Origin: Patescibacteria group bacterium
GTDB lineage: Bacteria > Patescibacteriota > UBA1384 > CAJBMM01
Length of the DNA stretch: 64,000 nucleotides
Assembly (NCBI GenBank): GCA_041660565.1
Contig: JBAZWC010000001.1
Coordinates: 174,481-238,480 of the forward strand
Reading direction: 5' to 3'
Both the position numbers and the translations under genes were made by a program. Positions 30,175 to 38,724 of this stretch are shown in pieces. The number at the start of each line of letters is the position of its first letter. Position 1 is the stretch's first letter. Below the pieces are notes generated by a model, which was not told the origin of the DNA, ran no database searches, and saw only the letters and a list, made by a program, of their open reading frames with translations.

Positions 30175-30678
30175 TTATCCTTTTTTATTTATTATACACC
30201 AAACCGCAATTGCGCAAGCGGTGGAGACGTTAAGTGAGTTCACATCGCGGTGCATTGGAATAAAAATATGCTTGGTCGATTCGGCTAGTGCAAAGCGATC
30301 AACCCCATCGACTTCGTGGCCAACAATTAGGGCGGTTTTTGGTCCTGGGGAAAAGTCGGCTAATGGGATCGCGTCAGACGTTATCTCTAGCGACACGATT
30401 TCGTATCCATTATCCTGGCATTGCTTGATGGCGTTAGACGTATTGTCAAAATATGTCCACTTAACTTTGGTTTCACCGCCCAGAGCAGTTTTGTGTATTT
30501 CGGCGCGTGGAGGAGTTGCAGTCATGCCGCATAGGTACAACTCGTCGACGTTTAATCCAGCGGCCAGTCTAAAAATCGCCCCGACGTTATACATCGACCG
30601 CACGTTGTCTAAAATAATAATCAATTTCTGTTTTGGTGTCATTATGGCAATACTAGCATAAAATTTATGCAAAATCAT
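30175..30678 (-). CDS. SpoU/TrmH-family RNA 2'-O-methyltransferase
   Basis: ALIVGHEVDGVD and C-terminal SLNVSTACAIA knot motifs. Confidence 0.6.
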   Translation of the reverse strand: MILHKFYASIAIMTPKQKLIIILDNVRSMYNVGAIFRLAAGLNVDELYLCGMTATPPRAEIHKTALGGETKVKWTYFDNTSNAIKQCQDNGYEIVSLEITSDAIPLADFSPGPKTALIVGHEVDGVDRFALAESTKHIFIPMHRDVNSLNVSTACAIAVWCIINKKG

Positions 30679-30704
30679 TTTTAATTAAATAAAATTATGG
30701 TATA

Positions 30705-30860
30705 GTTTTGCCATCCTCGGCTAGTTTAGCCAACCGTTGCTGAAGCCGCGTTTTCGCGCGGTGGAAGAGTTGGCGCCTACCAGTTTCTGGTGGGTAGTGT
30801 CATGGCATCAACTGAGTTCAAGCATGCCGTTGAGTCTTGAATCCTAAGTAGTCGGGGGTG
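30705..30860 (+). ncRNA. Candidate structured non-coding RNA immediately upstream of the reverse transcriptase (possible retron msr/msd-type template RNA)
   Basis: GC-rich untranslated stretch after an extended -10 (tggtatagt). Hairpins ccgcg-ttttcg-cgcgg, ccag-ttt-ctgg and ggggcgag-N8-ctcgcccc. No ORF with SD. Confidence 0.3.
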
Positions 30861-31907
30861 ATCGAAGGGGCGAGGACGTTCTCTCGCCCCTTGTACCTTA
30901 CATCGAAAGGTGGTGATCTGGAGTTGAGCTATGGCTTACGACCAACCGAAGCGGCTGATTGGCTGATTCGCCGCTGTGAATTACCGCGGGAGTGGCGAGG
31001 TTACTTGGCCAGTGTAGTTGTTAAGCCGAGTAGCCAGTTTTACCACCAGTGGCAAATGCCGAAGAAAAACGGTGGATATCGGGTGATCCTGTCGCCGCTT
31101 GAACCACTGAAATCCGTTCAACGCCAGATTCTTCGCCACGTGCTGTGTGACCTAAGGATTTCGAGTGCGGCACACGGATTCGTAGGTGGTAGAGACATCA
31201 TTACTAATGCTCTACCCCATCTTCAGTCTCACTCCATGCTTGGTCTAGACTTGGCGGACGCATTTGGTAACGTCTGGCTTGGTTGGATGGCGTATCGTGA
31301 ATCGCCTAGGAAGACCACAGGACTAAAACTGGGTTTGCATCTGGACACTTGGCAGGCACTGTTGCCGTTTATCAGTTATGTGGACGATGATGACGGGATT
31401 CTGCCACAAGGCGCACCAACGTCGCCGGCGATTTTCAATGCAATGTGTTGTCGAATGGACACAATGCTGCTGAAACTTGCCAAAAACGTGGGCGGAGTGT
31501 ACACACGCTACGCCGACAACCTGACCTTTTCGATGCCAGGACCTTCAGTGGGGCAAAAGTTGATCAACGCAATCTTGCGTATTGTTGATGACGATGGTTT
31601 CCCACTGAATGATGACAAAACGCAACTACTACGCAGTGCCAACAACTTTAACCGGCCACTGCGCCTGCCAGGGCTGAACATCATTAATGGCCAACTAGTT
31701 CTGCCCGCCGACACACTAAAGCGCTTTCGTAGCGCTATGTACCGCGCTGGTCAGGACAGTTGCAGTGATGATGACGAAGTGCGCGATCATGCACGTCGAT
31801 CGCGTAGAGGCATCAAGGGATACGTCATTCGCATCTACGGCGAGTTGCCGCCACAACTACGTGGCATGTACGAAAAAGGACGCATACACGCGTCCGAAGA
31901 GACCTGA
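30858..31907 (+). CDS. Reverse transcriptase, retron-type (RT domain only, 349 aa), motif C reads YADN instead of YADD
   Basis: Motifs in order: KKNGGYRVI, ITNALPH (NAxxH), LGLDLADAFGNV, LPQGAPTSPAIFN, VYTRYADNLTF. GTG start. Alternative starts are possible. Confidence 0.75.
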   Translation: MIEGARTFSRPLYLTSKGGDLELSYGLRPTEAADWLIRRCELPREWRGYLASVVVKPSSQFYHQWQMPKKNGGYRVILSPLEPLKSVQRQILRHVLCDLRISSAAHGFVGGRDIITNALPHLQSHSMLGLDLADAFGNVWLGWMAYRESPRKTTGLKLGLHLDTWQALLPFISYVDDDDGILPQGAPTSPAIFNAMCCRMDTMLLKLAKNVGGVYTRYADNLTFSMPGPSVGQKLINAILRIVDDDGFPLNDDKTQLLRSANNFNRPLRLPGLNIINGQLVLPADTLKRFRSAMYRAGQDSCSDDDEVRDHARRSRRGIKGYVIRIYGELPPQLRGMYEKGRIHASEET

Positions 31908-31937
31908 TCCCCTACTGTCCGGACTGGGTGGTGGGGG

Positions 31938-31965
31938 TTCTTTTTATATAGATTCCGGACTCGAG
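31938..31965. repeat. Partial or degenerate GIY-YIG-family terminal repeat
   Basis: tatatagattccggactcgagtcc then diverges. Confidence 0.3.
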
Positions 31966-31977
31966 TCCAAATCTAGC

Positions 31978-32015
31978 GGGCGGACACATGGGTCCGCCCC
32001 TACGGAGGTCGTGGC
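31978..32015. repeat. GC-rich hairpin repeat, copy a
   Basis: gggcggacacatgggtccgcccctacggaggtcgtgg, 8-bp stem gggcggac/gtccgccc. Copies at 49139-49205 and 63646-63710. Confidence 0.5.
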
Positions 32016-32026
32016 ACGTGTCATAA

Positions 32027-33301
32027 TCAAGCAGATAGGCGTTCTTGCAGTACCGGTAAGAGCTCGTCGATGTAGATATTATCTTGCAAGCCCGAAACCA
32101 TATCTCGCATAATAATGTGGCCGTTGATTGCCTCTTTCTGCCCAATGATTAAAGTAATGCGGGCACGCAGTCTTTCAGCAATTTGCAGTTGCTGTGAAAT
32201 GCTATCGCTTTCGGTGGCGGTAGTGGCCGAAAAACCGGCATTGTACAATTGTTGTAACAGGGGGATTGATCTTGATTTGGCTTGCTCGCCAAGCTGGGCA
32301 ATAAACACCTGAATACCCTCGGTATCAGGTAAACTAGCGTGGGCATTTTCCAAAAACTGGCTGAATTGTTGCAGATTAAAACTAAGCCCAATGGCCGTTA
32401 GCGGTTGTTCGGCAAGTTGCGAGGCAAAGTTATCATAGTGAAATCCGATTACCGACGGCACCGCTTCATCCCCTACTTTTAAGCCAAAAATGGTTTGCTC
32501 CGCCTCTTCATCGGCAGTGTAAAGGTTCGGATTGACATCATAATTGATGCCCAGAATATCGCAGGTTTCCAGTACGCCGGTAAGCTGATTGTGGCAACTT
32601 AAGCACAAATTATCCAGTAATTGTGGCATTTTGACTAGCCATTCCGCTTTGCTGTCTAACTCGCAATTTGAGATATTTTGAACGGTTGGATTTTCTTTGC
32701 ATCTTGGGCACAGATCGCTGATGTGTGGGTGGACTTGCGATTTGAATAACAGATCAAAATTGGGCCGGCATTTGGCGCATCCGTTGCTGTGCAGCATAAT
32801 TACCGGTTTTTTGAGCTTTAGATCGCACGCCAGCTTTTGTAATAACATTAGGAGCGTGGCGTTGGTGGTAGCATCTTTGGCGCCGATGACATCAAAACAG
32901 TAATAATAATTTTCGACAAATGCGTCGTCTAGCTTTCGCATCGTATTTACTTGATAAGCCAGGTGGACCGGCGGCGGCCAGTGTAAAAAGCCGTTTTCTT
33001 TGTAGCTGCGCATTAAACTGACGCGTGGATGAGCGCGCAAAACATAATGTTCGTCGTTGCTGATCATCTGAGCATCAATAAGTTGATTTTGCCAGTCTTT
33101 GGAGAACGCTAGGTCGTACAATGATTTTGATTCGATTGGTGGGGTGATGACGCGGTGATAGCCAAACGACTGAGATAAATGATCAAGAATGGAGATACTT
33201 AGTTGCCAATAGCGCTGTGAATCCGGTAAAATATCGCTTAATCCTTTTGGATTACGGTACTTGAACGGTGGTTCGACTATTTCATTACTATTTATACGCA
33301 T
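32027..33301 (-). CDS. Histidyl-tRNA synthetase-like protein with degenerate class II catalytic motifs and a CxxC..CxxC insertion
   Basis: N-terminal KGLSDILPDSQRYWQ resembles HisRS. LRAHPRV replaces LRPEGT, motif 2 arginines absent, motif 3 reads GFHYDN instead of GGRYD. C-terminal anticodon-binding-like ITLIIGQKEAINGHIIMRDM. Confidence 0.55.
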   Translation of the reverse strand: MRINSNEIVEPPFKYRNPKGLSDILPDSQRYWQLSISILDHLSQSFGYHRVITPPIESKSLYDLAFSKDWQNQLIDAQMISNDEHYVLRAHPRVSLMRSYKENGFLHWPPPVHLAYQVNTMRKLDDAFVENYYYCFDVIGAKDATTNATLLMLLQKLACDLKLKKPVIMLHSNGCAKCRPNFDLLFKSQVHPHISDLCPRCKENPTVQNISNCELDSKAEWLVKMPQLLDNLCLSCHNQLTGVLETCDILGINYDVNPNLYTADEEAEQTIFGLKVGDEAVPSVIGFHYDNFASQLAEQPLTAIGLSFNLQQFSQFLENAHASLPDTEGIQVFIAQLGEQAKSRSIPLLQQLYNAGFSATTATESDSISQQLQIAERLRARITLIIGQKEAINGHIIMRDMVSGLQDNIYIDELLPVLQERLSA

Positions 33302-33441
33302 TGCCCCTCGATGTATTCAGTTACTAACTGAGCCAAAGTGTAGCAGTTAGCATTTTTTTGTCAAGAGGAGGGGGTGTTGCGCGCAAAATTGTATCGTCAG
33401 CGCCCTTTGCGCGAAACGTTTTTGCGGCTTATAAAAAAATA

Positions 33442-33470
33442 TTGACATAAATATATTATCGGGGTAGAAT
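33442..33470 (+). promoter_or_regulatory. Promoter TTGACA-17-TAGAAT for the GC-rich cassette gene
   Basis: ttgacataaatatattatcggggtagaat, followed by a ggggggagga SD. Confidence 0.45.
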
Positions 33471-33511
33471 GTTCTTGCGTTATCACACGCTGGGGGGAGG
33501 ATATAACGGAA

Positions 33512-33949
33512 ATGAGGTTTCAGGAAACGGTCAAAATGCCGGTTCCAGAAGCGGTGACTATCCCACCGGTTTCCGGGTGGGCTGACATCGTACAGCACAG
33601 TGATAAGAGCATATGTCGCTTGTACCTGGCGGTGACTAGTGCTTCTGATGAGCCGGCAATGTGCGGCAAGGACGTTCTGTACAGGATGAGTCTCAATTGT
33701 AAGACGAGCCACTGTGCGGGCTCGGCGCATGCCGCCTGGCTTCTGGAATGCCCAGAGTCCCGGATTCCGGTTGAATGGCAGCAGGCTAAGCATCTCTTCT
33801 TCCTGAGGGAGGTGTGGGGAGATGAGCAGGGTTACTTGCATGTGTTGGTTGCCCAGCCTGAAGAAGCCGGGAAGTGGACCTTCGGCTATCTAGCCGACTT
33901 CGGCGCCGCCTTGATGGGTCCGCGCGATTGGGTGGTGATGATCGATTGA
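33512..33949 (+). CDS. GC-rich hypothetical protein (145 aa)
   Basis: ATG preceded by a ggggggagga SD. GC-rich coding between AT-rich flanks. Confidence 0.45.
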   Translation: MRFQETVKMPVPEAVTIPPVSGWADIVQHSDKSICRLYLAVTSASDEPAMCGKDVLYRMSLNCKTSHCAGSAHAAWLLECPESRIPVEWQQAKHLFFLREVWGDEQGYLHVLVAQPEEAGKWTFGYLADFGAALMGPRDWVVMID

Positions 33950-34022
33950 CGCCGCCCCTATCCCCCGTTCCGAGGACAACTTGGATCGGGGGAAACTATT
34001 TTTCAATGAATGAATATAAATA

Positions 34023-36500
34023 TTATATGACCATTTCTAGTTCGTCTGAAGTGCGACGAATTAGGACGGTTTTGTTTGGGTTAATTTTTCCCATCAACAC
34101 ACCATCGGCAATTTTATCTTCAATTAAAGTTTGAATAGCGCGGCGAATTGGGCGCGCCCCGTTTTTGGGCTCAAAACCTTTTTCGGCCAGATATTTTCGG
34201 GCGGTTAGGTCAATTTGTAGCTTAATCCCCTTCTCATTCAATCTGGTTAAAAGTTGATTAACTTGGATATCTACAATTTGGCGGATATTTTCCGGCGTTA
34301 AGGGCTTAAAAACAATTGCTTGATCTATTCGGTTTAATAGTTCGGGTTTCATTAGTACCTTAAGTTCTTTGAGCAATTTATCCTTAAGTTGATCATAAGA
34401 TTGGCTGGAGTTTGCGGAATTAAAACCAATTTCGGCATGATGCGTTAGTTCGTCTAGTCCGATGTTGCTGGTCATAATAATAATCGCATGACGAAAATCA
34501 ATCTTGCGCCCCTTGGTATCGGTGATAAACCCATCCTCTAAAATTTGTAATAGAATGTTAAAGGTATCTGGGTGGGCTTTTTCAATTTCATCCAGTAAAA
34601 CCACGCTATATGGATGTCGTCGAATAATTTCGGTTAGTTTGCCGCCTTCTTCGTAACCAATATATCCGGCGGGTGCCCCAATCAACCTAGAAACATTATG
34701 CTTTTCCATAAATTCGGACATATCAATTTTAACTAACGCGTCATCTTTGCCATAAACGCGTCTAGCAATCACCCGCGCCAGCTCTGTCTTGCCCACCCCG
34801 CTTGGCCCAAGAAAGATAAACGAACCAACCGGCCGGTTTGTCTGGCTAATGCCGGTACGCGAGCGCTTGATGGCATTTGAGACGGCAGAAATGGCTTCGG
34901 TTTGCCCGATTATCTCTTTGGCAATAATGGTCTCAATATTTTTGATTTGATTTAATTCGGTTTTGGCTAAAGTTGAGGTGGGGGTGTCGGTGATTTGCGC
35001 CACAGTTTTTTCGATGTCAGAAACGCTTACTAGCGGTTGTCTTGCACTGCTAACTCGATTGTAATTTTTTATCTGATTGTCTATTTTGACAATCTGTTTT
35101 TGTAACTGGTCTGCCACATCGTATCGCTCTTCAAATACGGCGCGATCTTTCTCTTCGGACAACTGATCTTTTTGTTTAATTAAGTTGATCACGCTGGTTT
35201 TTTGGCGCTGATGCATCCGCACGTCGGCTGCGCTTTCATCTAACAAGTCGATCGCCTTGTCTGGCAAAAATCGCCCCGTAATGTACCGAGTGGACAGATT
35301 AACCGCTGCTTCAATGGCTTCGTCGGTAATAGTGACTTGATGATGTTTTTCGTAATTTGCTTTAAGCCCGTGCAAAATTTTGATAGTATCTTTGGGCGTT
35401 GGCTCGGCCACGATAATCGTTTGAAACCGACGCGTTAGTGCCGCATCTTTTTCGATGTGTTTTTGAAATTCATCCAATGTGGTGGCGCCAATCAACCGAA
35501 TTTGACCTTTGGCCAGTGCCGGTTTCAATATCTGTGAAGCGTCTAGCGAGCCTTCGGCGCTACCGGCGCCAATAATGGTGTGTAGCTCGTCGATAAAAAT
35601 GATGCAGTCATTTAATTTGGTAATAGAGTTGATGAATTTTTTGATTCGTTCTTCAAATTGGCCGCGATACATCGTACCCGCCACCATTAGCGATAAATCT
35701 AAATTAAGTACTCTAAAGCCATTGAGGGCGGACGGCACATCGCCATTCGCGATTCGCTGTGCCAATCCCTCTACAATAGCGGTTTTCCCCACCCCGGGTT
35801 CGCCAATAAGCACCGGATTGTTTTTGGTGCGGCGGGATAATATTTTAATTACTCGGTCAATTTCAATTTCGCGGCCGATAACCGGGTCTAGCTCGCCTTT
35901 TCTAGCTTGATCTGTAAGGTCGGTGGCGTAAAGTGCGGCCGGGCTGTTAGCAGATTTCCGGGTTTTGGCGCTAACCGGATCGTCGGGCTGGTTTTGATTA
36001 AATTCAAAATCGTTATCCATATCAAAATTGATGCGGTTTACTCGATCTAATTCCTCAAACAGATTATTGATGTTGGTGGTAATGTTGTCTGGGTTGCCAG
36101 CGCACTCTGAGACTAGCTTATATGCCGAGTTTTCCTTAAACGATAACGTTGCTAACAACAGATGCTCGGTGTCTAGGCCAACATGCCCAAGGGTGGCGGT
36201 TAACTGCATCGCTTTTTCCAAAACGTTAATCAGATCTTTGGTGACCATCGACTTTGGGTCGCTTTGCTCCGCTAAATCATTTTTATGCGCGTTTAGGTAC
36301 TCATCGGCCTTGGTTAGGGTTAAGCCGTTATTGATTAAGACACCGTGTGCCAATGAATCCGGCAATATAAGCAGCGCAAGAATAATATGATATGTGGCTA
36401 AAGGCACATTATTTGCCATAGCGATTTCTTGCGCTTTGATTAACACATCGCGGGTGCTGGGGCTAAATTTTGAAAATTGATCTTCTTGCATATTTGCCAA
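34023..36500 (-). CDS. clpC: ATP-dependent Clp protease ATP-binding subunit ClpC-like (Clp_N plus two AAA+ modules)
   Basis: Two Walker A motifs (GEPGVGKT, GPSGVGKT), N-terminal Clp repeats. Confidence 0.8.
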   Translation of the reverse strand: MANMQEDQFSKFSPSTRDVLIKAQEIAMANNVPLATYHIILALLILPDSLAHGVLINNGLTLTKADEYLNAHKNDLAEQSDPKSMVTKDLINVLEKAMQLTATLGHVGLDTEHLLLATLSFKENSAYKLVSECAGNPDNITTNINNLFEELDRVNRINFDMDNDFEFNQNQPDDPVSAKTRKSANSPAALYATDLTDQARKGELDPVIGREIEIDRVIKILSRRTKNNPVLIGEPGVGKTAIVEGLAQRIANGDVPSALNGFRVLNLDLSLMVAGTMYRGQFEERIKKFINSITKLNDCIIFIDELHTIIGAGSAEGSLDASQILKPALAKGQIRLIGATTLDEFQKHIEKDAALTRRFQTIIVAEPTPKDTIKILHGLKANYEKHHQVTITDEAIEAAVNLSTRYITGRFLPDKAIDLLDESAADVRMHQRQKTSVINLIKQKDQLSEEKDRAVFEERYDVADQLQKQIVKIDNQIKNYNRVSSARQPLVSVSDIEKTVAQITDTPTSTLAKTELNQIKNIETIIAKEIIGQTEAISAVSNAIKRSRTGISQTNRPVGSFIFLGPSGVGKTELARVIARRVYGKDDALVKIDMSEFMEKHNVSRLIGAPAGYIGYEEGGKLTEIIRRHPYSVVLLDEIEKAHPDTFNILLQILEDGFITDTKGRKIDFRHAIIIMTSNIGLDELTHHAEIGFNSANSSQSYDQLKDKLLKELKVLMKPELLNRIDQAIVFKPLTPENIRQIVDIQVNQLLTRLNEKGIKLQIDLTARKYLAEKGFEPKNGARPIRRAIQTLIEDKIADGVLMGKINPNKTVLIRRTSDELEMVI

Positions 36501-36566
36501 TTTTAAATTTTAAATTATTAATTTTAAGTGAATAAGACCAAATTTTAAATGGTTAACTATCAGATA

Positions 36567-36723
36567 CTGTCATTTCGACTCCTCGACATTCCAGTCGAGG
36601 GTGGAGAAATCTCTAAATAAAACCGGAAGGAATTCTTTCTCAGATTTCTCTCTCCGAGCCGTAGGTCTACGAGCCGGAGGCCAACATATTCGAATTGACA
36701 TTCTCATTGGGTCGAAATGACAG
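36567..36723. mobile_element. 157-bp MITE-like element, copy A, with terminal inverted repeats ctgtcatttcgac / gtcgaaatgacag
   Basis: 13-bp TIRs. About 75-80% identical to the copy at 39467-39589. Confidence 0.55.
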
Positions 36724-36734
36724 CTAGAACGAAT

Positions 36735-37907
36735 CTATTTAGACTTAGGTTTAGTTTTCGACGCTGGCTTTTTAACCTTAGCTTCTTTAGCAGGTTTTTC
36801 TGCTTTGGTTGTTTTTTTGGCAGATTTCTTAGGTGCTTCCTCAGCCACGGCTTCAACAACCGGCTCATCACCTTCTTTGTTAATGTCTAAATTCCATCCG
36901 GTCAGTTTACTGGCCAAACGAACGTTCTGACCATTGCGACCAATGGCCAACGATAACTGATCCTCGGGCACAGTGACAATGGCACTGCGCTCATTCTCGT
37001 TCAGGGTTACTTTAATGACTTTGGCTGGTGACAATGCATTGGTAATAAATTGTATTGGATTTTCATCCCATAAAATAATATCGATTTTTTCTTCGCCAAG
37101 TTCCTCTAAAATTGCTTTGACGCGAATGCCGTGTTGGCCAACGCACGAACCAACCGGATCTAACCCCTCTTGCAAGGCGGTTACCGCCACTTTTGAGCGG
37201 GTTCCGGCTTCACGTGAGATAGATCGAATTTCTACCGTACCGGCGGCAATTTCGGGTACTTCTAATTCAAATAACTTGGCTACAATAGCGGCGTCGGCGC
37301 GAGAAACTGAAACCTGAGGCCCGCGCATTGTTTCTACCACTTCTTTTACAAAAACTTTCAAACGGTTGCCCACTTGATATCGCTCACCGCGAATTTGCTC
37401 AACCGGAAACATAATTCCGTTGATTTTGCCTAAGTTGATTACTACATTTTCACCCTCAATTTGCTGAACCGAACCGTTAAGTAGCATATGCTCTTTTTCT
37501 TTGAACTCTTGATACAGCAACTCGCGCTCTGCTTCGCGGATGCGCTGAATGATTACTTGTTTGGCGGTTTGAGCGGCAATACGACCAAAATCACTTTCGG
37601 TTGGTAGCGGGATGATTACCTCTTCGCCGACAACCGGTTTTTTGGTAAACAATTTTGCTTGTTCTACCGTCATTTCGGCTTCAAGCTCTTTGATTTCGTC
37701 ATCTGCAACAATGTTATAAACACGCTCGACTTTCATTTGGTCGGTTTCCGGGTCTAAATGAACACGAATAATTTGATCCGGGCGTCCAAAATCTTTACGA
37801 TAAGCGGCAGCTAAGGCGGCTTCGACAGTTTCTAGAATGATCTCTTTAGATAGCCCTTTTTCTTCGGCTATCTGGGCAATGGCGGAAACAATTGGATTTG
37901 TGGCCAT
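36735..37907 (-). CDS. nusA: Transcription termination/antitermination factor NusA
   Basis: S1 and KH domains, basic Lys-rich C-terminal tail. Confidence 0.85.
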   Translation of the reverse strand: MATNPIVSAIAQIAEEKGLSKEIILETVEAALAAAYRKDFGRPDQIIRVHLDPETDQMKVERVYNIVADDEIKELEAEMTVEQAKLFTKKPVVGEEVIIPLPTESDFGRIAAQTAKQVIIQRIREAERELLYQEFKEKEHMLLNGSVQQIEGENVVINLGKINGIMFPVEQIRGERYQVGNRLKVFVKEVVETMRGPQVSVSRADAAIVAKLFELEVPEIAAGTVEIRSISREAGTRSKVAVTALQEGLDPVGSCVGQHGIRVKAILEELGEEKIDIILWDENPIQFITNALSPAKVIKVTLNENERSAIVTVPEDQLSLAIGRNGQNVRLASKLTGWNLDINKEGDEPVVEAVAEEAPKKSAKKTTKAEKPAKEAKVKKPASKTKPKSK

Positions 37908-38126
37908 ATTTTTCTCCTCTTATATATGTATTATATCGCATATTAGCGTTTAAAAAAGCGGGCGATTGTCATCGTCCACTAACAGAAGTATATCAAAAGT
38001 ATCGACTCTTGTCAAACACTATCAGTTAAAGATGATGATATCTATGGCAAATATTTGTAAATAGTGGTATAATCATAATGTTCAGCTTAGCTGAAAGTAC
38101 ACTTCACAGAAGGGGGAGCGAAAATC

Positions 38127-38663
38127 GTGGCGATTGATGTTGAGCTCAATCCGTTGCTTTCCGACCCGTGTTATCGCGGGCGCGCAATGCGAATGGCGCG
38201 TCGGATTACGGGTAATCCAGACGACGCTGAGGATGTTGCTCAATGCGTGATGCTCAGGGCGTGGCGGGCAAATCCGCAGAATCTAAGGAGTCCAGAAGCG
38301 TGGATGACGTGTATCACTCGTCGTGTGGCACTCGATCGTATTCGCGCCAACAACAATCGGCGCAAGTATCTAGGCATTGCGGTCAGCTTGGATGAGGTGT
38401 GGGAAGGTAACGACACCCTCGTACGCCAGTTAGCGGACTTCACTCAAGATCCGGCGCAGATAATCGAAGACCGCGTAATCGACGATCGCCTACACAATGC
38501 CTTATTGGTGGTGCCGCAGATGTTTCGCGCGCCATTCACTATGCACGTTGTCGGCGGAATGTCATACGACGACATCGCCCAAAAGCTGGGTATCCCGATT
38601 GGAACGGTCAAGTCTCGTATCAATCGGGCGCGGACGATCTTGCGCGGACAGCTCAGCGCTTAG
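38127..38663 (+). CDS. ECF-type sigma-70 family sigma factor, GC-rich cassette
   Basis: Region 2 DAEDVAQCVMLRAWR and region 4 MSYDDIAQKLGIPIGTVKSRINRAR. GTG start preceded by gaaggggga SD. Extended -10 tggtataat upstream. Confidence 0.7.
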   Translation: MAIDVELNPLLSDPCYRGRAMRMARRITGNPDDAEDVAQCVMLRAWRANPQNLRSPEAWMTCITRRVALDRIRANNNRRKYLGIAVSLDEVWEGNDTLVRQLADFTQDPAQIIEDRVIDDRLHNALLVVPQMFRAPFTMHVVGGMSYDDIAQKLGIPIGTVKSRINRARTILRGQLSA

Positions 38664-38724
38664 TAGCCCTTTGCCGGAACATCGGCAAGGGGCTTCATTT
38701 TTGCAAATTTTCAACCTCGCAGAA

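Noticed and set aside
30700-31920. Diversity-generating retroelement (DGR) interpretation of the RT
   Set aside because: The RT shows the retron-like QGxxTSP/NAxxH pattern, not the DGR-specific motif-4 SQ signature. No TR/VR pair was seen by eye: no near-identical 100-bp repeat differing at adenines. I could not run an exhaustive computational repeat search.
31978-32015. Integron attC-site interpretation of the GC-rich hairpin repeats
   Set aside because: No integron-integrase gene is present and there is no GTTRRRY core. The cassettes carry their own promoters, unlike integron cassettes. The repeats look more like REP or terminator elements.
31765-32112. 115-aa plus-strand ORF overlapping the RT 3' end and the hairpin repeat
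   Set aside because: It is out of frame with the RT and spans the terminator-like repeat and AT-rich spacer. It has no SD. It is a read-through artifact of the GC-rich sequence.
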